Positions 38,221-48,032 are shown, numbered from the stretch's first letter. The stretch: 64,000 bases of DNA from Bacteroidota bacterium (GCA_031402435.1 JANNSJ010000058.1:150213-214212); one strand, 5' to 3'. The notes: generated by a model from the letters alone, not told the origin. Made by a program: numbers and translations.

Positions 38221-40176
38221 ATGAAAGTGTCAACACGTATTGTATTTATTGCCTGTTCCCTTTTCGTTCAATCATTGACAGCTACGTCGCAGTTTCTTCA
38301 GGAAAGGAAACTCATTGGCGGGCCTGCCGTCGGGTCGGCTGTATATCAAGGTTATTCAGTTTCACTTTCAGCCGATGGGAATACAGCGATGATGGGTGGG
38401 ATAGGTGACAATGCGAATGCCGGCGCAGCATTTGTATTCACCCGAAGCAGTTCCAGTGGCGCGTGGGTTCAGCAAGGAAATAAACTTGTCGGCACAGGCG
38501 CTGTTGGGAGCGCAAGCCAGGGCTTTGCTGTCGCCCTTTCTGCCGATGGGAATACGGCTATCGTGGGTGGATTGGGTGACAATACTTTCGCCGGCGCAGC
38601 GTGGGTCTTTACCAGAAGCGGCGGCTCATGGAGTCAACAAGGAAACAAGCTCGTCGGTACAGGAGCAACCGGTGTGGCACAACAAGGGAATGCTGTTGCA
38701 CTCTCAGCCGATGGGAATACGGCCATCATCGGTGGATATCGTGACAACACTTTTGCAGGTGCAGCATGGGTTTTTACGCGAAGCGGCAGCGTCTGGAGTC
38801 AGCAAGGGAACAAACTTGTCGCCACAGATGCCGTCGGGTTCGCGAGGCAAGGGATTTCTGTTGACCTTTCATCTGATGGCAATACCGCTATCGTTGGCGG
38901 GCATACGGACAATGCAAACGCGGGAGCAGCGTGGATATATACGCGTATTGGCGGATCGTGGTCACTGCAACGTAAGCTCGTTGGCACAGGCGCTGTAGGG
39001 AGTGCACGACAGGGTCGCTCGGTTGCCCTTTCAGACGACGGGAATACTGCTCTCGTTGGTGGATATGAAGACGATGCTTCGGCGGGTGCTGTTTGGGTAT
39101 TCACGCGAAGTGGCGGCGTGTGGGCTCAGCAAGGAAACAAATTTCGCGGCACAGGCGCTGTCGGAAATGCAAGTCAAGGGCTTGCTGTCTCTCTTTCAGG
39201 CGATGGCAATACTGCTCTCGTTGGCGGCATTGATGACAACGCCTTCGCGGGCGCAGCGTGGATATTCACGCGCAGTGGCGGTGTGTGGTCTCAGTTAGGA
39301 AACAAACTCTTCGGCTCGGGCGCTGTCGGGAATGCAAACCAAGGCGGTGCTGTTGCCATTTCATCGAGCGGGAATAGGGTTATCGTTGGTGGGATAGCTG
39401 ACAATGCTAACTTTGGTGCTGCCTGGGTGTATTCGCGTGACGGCTCAACGTTCTCACGCACCAATCTGAACAAGTTTATTTTTGATAATCAACTCGTGTT
39501 TGATACGATTCAAGTTTCATCGAATTCCCCACTCGCCACAATTGTTCGCGATGTGGATGTGTCCGTTATTATCACTCATCCGAACGTCAGCGATTTGGAA
39601 ATCTCTCTTGTGCATCTCGGCGTTACAGATACACTGGTCTACCAAGTGGGAGGAACCGGCGATAACTTTTCCGGGACAGTGCTTGATGATTCTGCAGTAA
39701 CACCGATTGCAAACGGTGTAGCCCCATTTAGCGGTCGCTACATACCAACCAGACCGTTGGCTCAATTCAATTCGCTCGACGCTGCGGGTTCGTGGATCCT
39801 CCGTGTGTTTGATCGAGCAACAGGAAATACTGGAACGCTGAGCGGATGGTCTCTTACACTTGGCACTTCTGCCGGTCCGACATCTGTTGACCGGATTTCT
39901 CACGAAACGCCGGAGGGGTTTGTGTTAAAGCAGAACTATCCGAACCCTTTTAACCCGTCAACAACAATTAGTTTCTCGATTCCGCGTTCTGCGGCAGTGT
40001 CTCTAAAGGTGTTCGACCTTCTTGGCAAAGAAGTTGCGACGCTCGTACGCGAGGAGTTGAAGTCTGGAAGCTACGAAACAACCTTCGAGGGCAATGGGCT
40101 GTCGAGCGGCATGTATTTCTATCGTCTCGAAGCTGGCGGATTTGTTCAGACGAAAAAGCTTGTATTGCAGAAGTGA
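38221..40176 (+). CDS. T9SS-secreted protein: 7 FG-GAP-like repeats, proprotein-convertase P-domain, T9SS CTD
   Basis: AAAGGAGG RBS; seven ~55-aa repeats (VALSADGNTAIVGG..DN..AGAAWVFTRSGG.W.QQGNKL); ITHPNVSDLEISL...GSWILRVFDRATGNTGTLSGWSL; QNYPNPFNPSTTISF. Confidence 0.9.
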   Translation: MKVSTRIVFIACSLFVQSLTATSQFLQERKLIGGPAVGSAVYQGYSVSLSADGNTAMMGGIGDNANAGAAFVFTRSSSSGAWVQQGNKLVGTGAVGSASQGFAVALSADGNTAIVGGLGDNTFAGAAWVFTRSGGSWSQQGNKLVGTGATGVAQQGNAVALSADGNTAIIGGYRDNTFAGAAWVFTRSGSVWSQQGNKLVATDAVGFARQGISVDLSSDGNTAIVGGHTDNANAGAAWIYTRIGGSWSLQRKLVGTGAVGSARQGRSVALSDDGNTALVGGYEDDASAGAVWVFTRSGGVWAQQGNKFRGTGAVGNASQGLAVSLSGDGNTALVGGIDDNAFAGAAWIFTRSGGVWSQLGNKLFGSGAVGNANQGGAVAISSSGNRVIVGGIADNANFGAAWVYSRDGSTFSRTNLNKFIFDNQLVFDTIQVSSNSPLATIVRDVDVSVIITHPNVSDLEISLVHLGVTDTLVYQVGGTGDNFSGTVLDDSAVTPIANGVAPFSGRYIPTRPLAQFNSLDAAGSWILRVFDRATGNTGTLSGWSLTLGTSAGPTSVDRISHETPEGFVLKQNYPNPFNPSTTISFSIPRSAAVSLKVFDLLGKEVATLVREELKSGSYETTFEGNGLSSGMYFYRLEAGGFVQTKKLVLQK

Positions 40177-40226
40177 TTAATCGTGTAGCGCAAATGCAGT
40201 TTCTTATCATTCTCGATTGAGCGACA

Positions 40227-42794
40227 ATGGATGAACGAACCTGGTCTGATGTAAAGACGATATTCTTTCACGCAGTTGATTTAGGGCCCGGCGAGAGGGA
40301 AGAGTACCTGAAGGAACATTGCAAAGGTGCCGCGTTGCAACAGGAACTCCATTCCCTCCTTGCCGCGCACGATAAGTCCGAGAAGTTTCTCGAAGGTTCA
40401 AGCATTCCCACCAGCTCGGCAACTGACAATCACAATGTCTTCGTCGGCAAGATGTTTGGCAAGTATACGATTGAAAAACTCATCGCCAGGGGCGGCATGG
40501 GGCTGGTGTATCTTGCTTTCCGTGATGATGCAGTGAAGCAGAAGGCTGCGGTAAAAATAATCAACCCGGGGCTTGCTTCCGGCATTGTGATAAAGAGGTT
40601 TCAGAATGAACGGCAGACGCTCGCCAATCTCAATCATCCGAATATATCGCGTCTGCTTGACGGTGGAATCACAGAAGATGGCATCCAGTTCTTCGTGATG
40701 GAATACATCGATGGTATTCCCATCGATGAGTACTGTGACAATAACAAACTCAACATCAGGGAGCGGCTGAGACTCTTTCTGAAAGCTGCTTCGGTCGTTC
40801 AGTTTGCACATCACAACCTCGTCGTTCATCGAGACCTCAAGCCGCGCAATATTCTTATCACGAAGGACGGAGAACCAAAACTCCTCGATTTCGGAATCGC
40901 CAAGATCTTGACCCCCGAAGGTGAGCAGCAGGAAACATTAACCCAGAAGGGAACATGGAATCTTACTCCTGAGTTTGCAAGTCCTGAACAGGTCAAGGGA
41001 GAAGCAATCACTACCGCAAGTGATGTGTATTCTCTTGGTATAGTTCTCTACAGGCTTTTGACCGGACATACTCCGTATAGAATAACAAGCCCGCTGCATT
41101 CCGATATTCGAGCGATCGTCACGGAAACAGAACCCCGCAAGCCCAGCGAAATCATCTTTCAGCCAATCGAATCAGAAGGCGGCGATACCGTTACAATCAA
41201 TCCTGAATCAGTGGCAATGGCAAGAGAAGACAGTATCGGGAAACTTCAAAAGACTCTGGCTGGTGAGCTTGATACCATTGTTGCGATGGCAATCCGAAAG
41301 GAACCCGAAAGGAGATATCCCTCAGTTGATCACTTCGCTGAAGATATCAGAAGATATTTGGACAACAAGCCCGTGTATGCGCACAAGGATACGTTCGGAT
41401 ATAGAAGCAGGAAATTCATAAGGAGGAACAAGACTGCTGCAGGATTCATCTCGACAATATCGCTGGCAGTCCTGTTGGGCATAGCTGGAATCGTCTGGCA
41501 ATCTCAACTGACTGCACGGGAAAGAGACATCGCAAAGCTTGAAGCGGAAAAGGCAAACAGGATAAAATCTCTGTTGCTGGAAATGATCTCGTCTCCCGAT
41601 CCGAGAAAGGACGGCCGCAAAGTCACGGTGATGGATGTTCTTCACGGAGCCTCGCATCGTATGTCGGTTGAATTGGCCGGTCAGCCACAGATTGAAACCG
41701 AGATGCGGTCAATGCTCGGGAATACGTATCAAAACCTTGGCATCTATGATTCAGCCGAGACTGAATTCTTCAAAGCCCATGAACTGACAAAGAAACTTTT
41801 TGGTGAACGTAGCAAAGAGACAGCGATGAGTCTCCAGTCTCTCGGGCTTGTGTACCAATACCGGGGCGATTTGGAAAAGACAGAACAATACTTCAAGCAG
41901 TCCCTTGAGATGATGAAATCAGTAGAAACAAAACCCTCATTCGAAACTGCACTTATGCTGGATGCATACGGCACACTCATGTCTGAAAAGGGGGACTATA
42001 AAAAAGCGGAAGAACTCACCATGGAAGCCTTAAAGATTGGCGAGGCAATACGAGGGGCTGACGATCCGAAGGTTGCGGAGTTCAAGAACAACCTGGCAAC
42101 CTCGTACAACTATCTGAAAAAACCGGATAAAGCTGACTCGTTGTACAGAGAAAGCCTGCAGGTGTTTCGAAAGCACTACGGCAACTCACATTTGCTGGTT
42201 TCGAGCAGCCTGAACAATCTCGCGTTCATTAACATTTTCAAAAAGGATCATTCAGGTGCTTTGCCTCTGCTTGTGGAATCGTTGAATATCAAACGGGCAA
42301 TTCTCGGTGAAGACCACCCCGATCTTATTCTCGCATATTCGAATGTCGGCAGTACATACTTTAACATTCACCAGTACGAAAAAGCCGGAGAATTCATGAA
42401 GGCTTCCGTTGATGTCGGTCTCAAGAATTATGATGAAGACAATATCAGCCTGAGTCGCTCATACATGTGGTACGGGAGAATCTTCGATGCAAGGGGAGGG
42501 CTTGACAGTGCAATTTTCTTTTTGAGGAAGGCGTATCACATTCGAAAGAGAGAACTGGGTGCTAACAATAACATAACGCTGGCAACGCAGAATCAATTGG
42601 GCAAGAGCCTTCTCCACAAACGAGATTTTGTTGATGCTGAAAAACACCTGCTTGAGAGTTACAAAGGGTTTAGTGATGTTGCAGGAAAGGATGATGACTC
42701 CACCCAGAAGGCTCTCATCGCATTGGTTGATCTTTACAAAGCGTGGAGGAAAAAGGACAAAGAAGATTACTATGCTGCGTTGATTCAGAAGTAA
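40227..42794 (+). CDS. Hanks-type Ser/Thr protein kinase with TM segment and extracytoplasmic TPR domain
   Basis: ARGGMGLVY, AVK, HRDLKPRNIL, DFGIAK, TPEFASPEQ, DVYSLG; TM around AVLLGIAGIVW; TPR-like repeats after it. Confidence 0.95.
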   Translation: MDERTWSDVKTIFFHAVDLGPGEREEYLKEHCKGAALQQELHSLLAAHDKSEKFLEGSSIPTSSATDNHNVFVGKMFGKYTIEKLIARGGMGLVYLAFRDDAVKQKAAVKIINPGLASGIVIKRFQNERQTLANLNHPNISRLLDGGITEDGIQFFVMEYIDGIPIDEYCDNNKLNIRERLRLFLKAASVVQFAHHNLVVHRDLKPRNILITKDGEPKLLDFGIAKILTPEGEQQETLTQKGTWNLTPEFASPEQVKGEAITTASDVYSLGIVLYRLLTGHTPYRITSPLHSDIRAIVTETEPRKPSEIIFQPIESEGGDTVTINPESVAMAREDSIGKLQKTLAGELDTIVAMAIRKEPERRYPSVDHFAEDIRRYLDNKPVYAHKDTFGYRSRKFIRRNKTAAGFISTISLAVLLGIAGIVWQSQLTARERDIAKLEAEKANRIKSLLLEMISSPDPRKDGRKVTVMDVLHGASHRMSVELAGQPQIETEMRSMLGNTYQNLGIYDSAETEFFKAHELTKKLFGERSKETAMSLQSLGLVYQYRGDLEKTEQYFKQSLEMMKSVETKPSFETALMLDAYGTLMSEKGDYKKAEELTMEALKIGEAIRGADDPKVAEFKNNLATSYNYLKKPDKADSLYRESLQVFRKHYGNSHLLVSSSLNNLAFINIFKKDHSGALPLLVESLNIKRAILGEDHPDLILAYSNVGSTYFNIHQYEKAGEFMKASVDVGLKNYDEDNISLSRSYMWYGRIFDARGGLDSAIFFLRKAYHIRKRELGANNNITLATQNQLGKSLLHKRDFVDAEKHLLESYKGFSDVAGKDDDSTQKALIALVDLYKAWRKKDKEDYYAALIQK

Positions 42795-42935
42795 TCTGGA
42801 CGTGGATTTGCAAACGTGCAGCAACAGCAACTTGACTGAAAGAGGAGTGCGGTGGAGGGGCTCAATATTGCCGGGAACGATTGTATGAATAGGTAAGATT
42901 CGGGGAACCCGGGAAAATGATACAGAAAACCTAAG

Positions 42936-43017
42936 TGGGCATAGAGGGACTTGAACCCCCACGAGTTTCCTCACTAGATCCTAAGTCTAGCGCGTCTGCC
43001 AATTTCGCCATATGCCC
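42936..43017 (-). tRNA. trnL: tRNA-Leu (anticodon TAG)
   Basis: Reverse complement GGGCATATGGCGAAATTGGCAGACGCGCTAGACTTAGGATCTAGTGAGGAAACTCGTGGGGGTTCAAGTCCCTCTATGCCCA; long variable arm; loop CTTAGGA. Confidence 0.97.
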
Positions 43018-43042
43018 ATGACAGTGCTGCTGTGGGGTGAAA

Positions 43043-43071
43043 AAGATAACCAATTTTTGAGGGAACTTCAA
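43043..43071 (-). promoter_or_regulatory. Candidate sigma70 promoter of tRNA-Leu
   Basis: Minus strand TTGAAG-N17-TATCTT ending 25 nt upstream of the tRNA. Confidence 0.5.
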
Positions 43072-43103
43072 GGAAGGTTCAGAGGAGAACCGGGTGCTTG
43101 TGG

Positions 43104-44840
43104 CTACTTGAGTGGCAGCGTCAGTCGTATTGTGGTGCCGACATTTTCAACCGACTCTATCTCGATTTGACCACCATGGTCGTCGATAATTTTCTTCACG
43201 ATCGCGAGACCAAGTCCTGTGCCGTGCCGTTTTCCATGGGTGAAAAATGGTTCGAACACTCTTGCCTTGATGGAATCCGGAATTCCTTTCCCGGTATCGG
43301 TGATACTAATCTGAATACCATTACCACTCTGTTCCGTGCGGATGGTAAGTGTTCCGCCATCGGGCATCGCATCGGCTGCATTGCCGGCGAGATTGTAGAG
43401 CACGCGCTCCATTTTTGCCAGGTCAAGTGTACACATGCCCGTGTACTGAAAATCCCGGACGATGGCGATGCGTTTTTCCCGGAAGTCTGCCTCAATGAAC
43501 TTCAATGACGCATCGATAATGTCAATCAATTTGACGGATTCGATAGTCATCTCACTCACTCCGCGGGAGTAATCGAGAATCTCCTGCGTCATCTTCACAA
43601 ACCGATCCACCTGGTGCATCATCTCATCTGCATATTGAGATACTTCGGCGTCCGGGACCTTGCGTTTGATAAGCTGGGCATACAAACGCACGATGCTCAT
43701 CGGGTTTTTGATATCATGGATGATGGTTCCCGCCATGCGACCGACCATGGAGAGTTGTTCACTCTTCATCATTTCCTGTGCAAGGCGTGCATTCTCCAGC
43801 GCAATGGAGGCATGGATTGACAGTGCGTCGATGAAGGATGCATCGTCAGCAGTGAACGCCCCCTGTTTCTTGTTGAGGAATTGAAATACGCCGACAATCT
43901 CATTCTCTTTGTTCTTGAGCGGCATGCAGAGCACATTGTGAGTATGGTATCCGCTTTTTTTGTCAATTTCCGGGTTGAACCTGGGGTCGCCATAAGCGTC
44001 AGGGATGTTCACGGTCTCGCCGGTCTTTGCAACATACCCAGCGAGGCCCTTGCCAACGGGCAAGCGGATTTCCGTTATGTCTTTTCCCTGGGCGGCCTTG
44101 GCCCAAAGTTCTCCTCGTTCTTTGTCGAGAAGATAAAGCGTCCCCCGCTCCGCCTGAATGCTGTTCGACGCCGCGTTGAGAATAAGCACCAGCAACTTGT
44201 CAATGTCGATCGTGGAATTGACGATCTTGCTCGCTTCGATGAGCAGGCTCAGGCGGTCGAGCTTGGCTTTCGAGGAGATGACATTCCGCTCCAGTTCGCT
44301 GACAAATGTCTGGTCAATTGTGCGGAGACGAAGGGCGAGGTTCTTCAGCAGGTTGAACGTGAAAGCGTCACTCTCCGCGATGAGTGATCGAAATTCACTG
44401 GAACTGAAGAACACGATGGTGCAGGGATCCACTGCTTCGGCGCGAGCCGACCGGGAGAGTCCGTCCAATATGGAAAGCTCCCCAAAAAAATCCCCCTCGT
44501 GCAGCACTGCAAGGAGCGATTCAATACCGTATTTGGTATATTTCTTTATGCGAACCCGGCCGCCGAGAAGCAGGTACAGGTAGCGTCCCTTGGTCGACTC
44601 GTCGAAGATAATGTCACCGGCTTTGTATTGGCGCACCACAAGTTTGGGGATGATGGACTTCAAACTTTTCGGGTTGACGCCGGAGAAGAGTACGTTCCGC
44701 TTGATTGCCTGAAGGGTGTTGCCGTTCGGTTGTATAAGGCGCCGGGATGGCTTGGTTGGTGGTTTTCGTACCGGAGATGACCGTTTTGCAGCGGATCGTT
44801 TTCGCTTGGCGATTGCGTTGCCGCTTTTTTTCTTCTTCAT
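43104..44840 (-). CDS. Cytoplasmic histidine kinase: cNMP-binding domain, GAF, HisKA, HATPase
   Basis: cNMP motifs LLGGRVRI, GDFFGELSIL, RSARAEA; GAF (GKGLAGYV, DAYGDPRFNPEIDKKSGY, LCMPL); HDIKNP; GTGLGL. Start placed at MKKKK (44840). Confidence 0.9.
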   Translation of the reverse strand: MKKKKSGNAIAKRKRSAAKRSSPVRKPPTKPSRRLIQPNGNTLQAIKRNVLFSGVNPKSLKSIIPKLVVRQYKAGDIIFDESTKGRYLYLLLGGRVRIKKYTKYGIESLLAVLHEGDFFGELSILDGLSRSARAEAVDPCTIVFFSSSEFRSLIAESDAFTFNLLKNLALRLRTIDQTFVSELERNVISSKAKLDRLSLLIEASKIVNSTIDIDKLLVLILNAASNSIQAERGTLYLLDKERGELWAKAAQGKDITEIRLPVGKGLAGYVAKTGETVNIPDAYGDPRFNPEIDKKSGYHTHNVLCMPLKNKENEIVGVFQFLNKKQGAFTADDASFIDALSIHASIALENARLAQEMMKSEQLSMVGRMAGTIIHDIKNPMSIVRLYAQLIKRKVPDAEVSQYADEMMHQVDRFVKMTQEILDYSRGVSEMTIESVKLIDIIDASLKFIEADFREKRIAIVRDFQYTGMCTLDLAKMERVLYNLAGNAADAMPDGGTLTIRTEQSGNGIQISITDTGKGIPDSIKARVFEPFFTHGKRHGTGLGLAIVKKIIDDHGGQIEIESVENVGTTIRLTLPLK

Positions 44841-44979
44841 AACAAGTAATGCGCGTTCGTTGGTACACCAGCATTTGCCCGGATCATCAACCGCGGTTCT
44901 TCGGTGATGTCGGCGCAACAAGTACATTGCATTTGCGTGATATAATAGGTAAATCACTTTCCAGAGTCAACCAGACCAG

Positions 44980-45903
44980 ATGCCTTCAGACATAGTTCTG
45001 CGAACATATGCTCTCGGTAAGCGCTACAAGGAACGATGGGCAGTACGAACGCTCAATCTTGAAGTGCCGCGCGGTGAAGTATTCGGGTTTCTCGGCCCCA
45101 ATGGAGCCGGAAAGAGCACCACGATCAGGATGCTGCTCTCACTGGTGACGCCGAGTGAGGGTCGTGTAGAGTTGTTCGGCTTGGAACTGCACAAACACCG
45201 GCATGATGTGCTTTCTCGCGTCGGTGGGCTGGTTGAACGAGCAGACTTCTATCCTTATCTCTCCGCGAGAAGGAACCTGGAGATTGTTGCCTCACTCATC
45301 GGCGGATTGCAGCACCATGCTATTGACGAAGTCCTGGAGTTGGTTGGCCTTCTTCAGCGCGCAGAGGACAGGGTCAAGACGTATTCACATGGGATGAAAC
45401 AACGCCTCGGCATTGCACAAGCGCTGCTCGGCAATCCGGAATTGATTATTCTCGACGAACCCACAACCGGCCTTGACCCGCAAGGCATCAAAGAGGTGCG
45501 GGAACTTGTCGGACGTTTGTCATCAGAGCGTGCACTCACCGTCTTTCTTTCCTCACACTTGCTCAGCGAGATTGAGCAGACAGCAACCAGTATGGCGATC
45601 ATCAATATGGGTGAGTTGGTGGTGCAAGGGAAGGTGACAGAGCTGCTGAGTACCGGTGAAAGTTTTGTCAAAATCGATGCACGTCCATTCGAGGAAACCC
45701 GGACGCTTATCGGGCAGCAACGGTTCGTTAAGAGCGTGAAGCACATCAACGGAATTCTCGAAGTGAGCATGCCGCTCGACCAGGTGGGCACCCTCAATAG
45801 GCTCCTGGTGCATGCCGGCATTGAGGTGCACTCATTGATTCCACGACGTTCGCTTGAAGATTACTTCCTTTCCATCACTGAAGGTACCACAGACATTCGA
45901 TAG
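44980..45903 (+). CDS. ABC transporter ATP-binding protein
   Basis: GPNGAGKST, YSHGMKQRLG, ILDEPTTGLD, SSH. Confidence 0.93.
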   Translation: MPSDIVLRTYALGKRYKERWAVRTLNLEVPRGEVFGFLGPNGAGKSTTIRMLLSLVTPSEGRVELFGLELHKHRHDVLSRVGGLVERADFYPYLSARRNLEIVASLIGGLQHHAIDEVLELVGLLQRAEDRVKTYSHGMKQRLGIAQALLGNPELIILDEPTTGLDPQGIKEVRELVGRLSSERALTVFLSSHLLSEIEQTATSMAIINMGELVVQGKVTELLSTGESFVKIDARPFEETRTLIGQQRFVKSVKHINGILEVSMPLDQVGTLNRLLVHAGIEVHSLIPRRSLEDYFLSITEGTTDIR

Positions 45904-45910
45904 GGTTCCC

Positions 45911-46747
45911 ATGCTGTTGATCTTGAAGCACGAACTCCTCAAAACATATTTGAAGTGGCGGACGTACATCGGCTTCATTGCCATTCTTGTCCTCGTGCCG
46001 GTTGCTGAAGTTGCGCTGAAACTCGAGGGTGGGTCCATGATCCAGCGGATGACAAGAGGGATTGACGAGGACTTTCTTCTCGTTGGCAATTTGTTCAACG
46101 GGTACTTCGTCACGCAGTTCATCATGAACGCCCTGTGGGTGCATATTCCGTTTCTTATCAGTCTGGTTGCTGGAGACCAGCTTGCCGGTGAGGCCACCGG
46201 CGGAACGTTTCGATTGCTCCTTATCCGACCAGCATCGCGCGGGCGGATTCTACTCACCAAGTACATCACCACGCTCTTCTATGCATTTACTCTTGTGGTG
46301 TTCCTTGCTCTTGTGAGTCTTGGTCTCGGCCTGACGTTGTTCGGCTCCGGACCTCTTCTTGTTATGGGAAAGACATTCACGATTGTCGCCGCCAACGAGT
46401 TGGCGTGGAGGATGGCCCTCGCATTCGGGCTTGCGACATTCAGCATGTGGTGTGTTGCATCGCTCGCGTTCCTGTTCTCATCGTTGGTCGAGAATGCCAT
46501 TGGCCCTATCATTGGCACCATGGCTGTGATTATCACGATGTTGATCATCTCCAATATTCCGGTCGAGGTCTTCAGGTCGATTCGTCCCTACTTCTTCACG
46601 CATTATCTCACTATTTGGCAAAAGGCGCTTGACGACCCGATTCCCTGGAAGACCATCGGGAACCATCTTGCCATCATCGGTGCCCATTGCATTGGATTTT
46701 ACATTATCACTTGGTATATTTTCGTCAGGAAGGACATTCTCAGTTAA
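45911..46747 (+). CDS. ABC-2 type transporter permease
   Basis: About six TM helices; LAGEATGGTFRLLLIRPASR motif; directly follows the ATPase. Confidence 0.85.
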   Translation: MLLILKHELLKTYLKWRTYIGFIAILVLVPVAEVALKLEGGSMIQRMTRGIDEDFLLVGNLFNGYFVTQFIMNALWVHIPFLISLVAGDQLAGEATGGTFRLLLIRPASRGRILLTKYITTLFYAFTLVVFLALVSLGLGLTLFGSGPLLVMGKTFTIVAANELAWRMALAFGLATFSMWCVASLAFLFSSLVENAIGPIIGTMAVIITMLIISNIPVEVFRSIRPYFFTHYLTIWQKALDDPIPWKTIGNHLAIIGAHCIGFYIITWYIFVRKDILS

Positions 46748-46805
46748 GGGCGGTCCGGTTCAAAACGCCACATCACCTCTCACAGCCACCTTAAAGGATT
46801 TGACA

Positions 46806-47981
46806 ATGCAACTCGATCTCATTCAACAAGCGTTACGGGAACGGAAGCTCGGCGGCTGGCTGTTCTGCGACTTCCATAATCGTGATCATCTCGCGTATCG
46901 CATTCTGGGACTCGACCCCACAAAGATGACGACGCGACGATGGTTCTATTTCATTCCGGCGAAAGGTGAGCCCCGAAGGCTGGTGCACAGTGTCGAGAAG
47001 ATGAAGCTTGAGACACTACCCGGATCGAAGGCAGTGTATCTCCCCTGGGAACAGTTGCATGCCTCACTGAAAAAAATGCTTGGCAGTCCAAAGAAGATTG
47101 CCATGCAATATTCCCCCAAGAACAATATACCGGCTGTATCAATGGTAGACGCCGGCATTATTGAGCTTGTGAAAGGTTTTGGGCACAAGGTTGTATCGTC
47201 TGCGGATCTGGTGCAAATGTTTGAGGCGGCAATTGGTCAGGAAGGATACAGACTCCACAAGGACGCTGGTGTTCTTGTGGACCGTGTTCGTGCCGAGGCC
47301 TTCGACCAAATCAGAAATGCCGTCGCCACGAACAGCAACATGACGGAGTATGACGTGCAGCAGTTCATCATGCGCCGATTTGCCGAGAACGGATTGACGA
47401 CTGCCGACCCGCCCATCGTTGGAACAAATGACCATCCAGCCGACCCTCATTTTGAATCGACACCGTCGAACGCACGGGCTTTCAAAACGGGAGATACTGT
47501 GCTGATAGATCTTTGGGCGAAAAAGAATGTGCCCGGTGGAATCTACTATGATATCACATGGGTCGGCTATATCGGAAACGAACCGTCAAAAAAATATTTG
47601 GAGATTTTCAATATTGCAAAGAGTGCCCGCAATACCGCCATCAAATTCGTGATGGACAAGTTCGCGAAGGGACAAACCTGTTGCGGTTGGCAAGTGGACG
47701 AGGCATGTCGTAATGTAGTGAAGAAAGCGGGATACGGAAAGTATTTCGTCCACCGCACCGGACACTCGATTGGAGAGGAAGTCCATGGCAACGGCGGGAA
47801 CATTGACAACCTTGAAACGAGAGATGACCGCGAGCTTATGCCCGGCAGTCTCTTTTCGATTGAACCGGGCATTTATCTTGAAGGTGAAATGGCAGTCCGG
47901 ACAGAAGTGAATATGTTTGTCCGCCATGATGGAGTGCCGGAGGTAACGGGAGAGATACAGGAAGAGTTGGTGAGGATATAA
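46806..47981 (+). CDS. M24 family metallopeptidase (Xaa-Pro aminopeptidase-like)
   Basis: LIDLW...YDITW, HRTGHSIG, SIEPGIY, VRTE metal ligands. Confidence 0.9.
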   Translation: MQLDLIQQALRERKLGGWLFCDFHNRDHLAYRILGLDPTKMTTRRWFYFIPAKGEPRRLVHSVEKMKLETLPGSKAVYLPWEQLHASLKKMLGSPKKIAMQYSPKNNIPAVSMVDAGIIELVKGFGHKVVSSADLVQMFEAAIGQEGYRLHKDAGVLVDRVRAEAFDQIRNAVATNSNMTEYDVQQFIMRRFAENGLTTADPPIVGTNDHPADPHFESTPSNARAFKTGDTVLIDLWAKKNVPGGIYYDITWVGYIGNEPSKKYLEIFNIAKSARNTAIKFVMDKFAKGQTCCGWQVDEACRNVVKKAGYGKYFVHRTGHSIGEEVHGNGGNIDNLETRDDRELMPGSLFSIEPGIYLEGEMAVRTEVNMFVRHDGVPEVTGEIQEELVRI

Positions 47982-48032
47982 AAACACGAAATTGAATTAC
48001 CCACACAATCCTCAATTATCAAAGGAGCCCGC

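Larger units (their letters stand above)
36984..42985. mobile_element. tRNA-Leu-integrated genomic island (about 5.9 kb), no integrase gene visible
   Basis: 51-bp direct repeats offset by 5951 bp; splits tRNA-Leu from tig; cargo transcribed opposite to the flanking genes. Confidence 0.8.

Noticed and set aside
38330-39440. Regularly spaced DNA repeats resembling a CRISPR array
   Set aside because: The period is about 165 bp, in frame, with synonymous variation. These are coding propeller repeats; there are no unique spacers and no cas genes.
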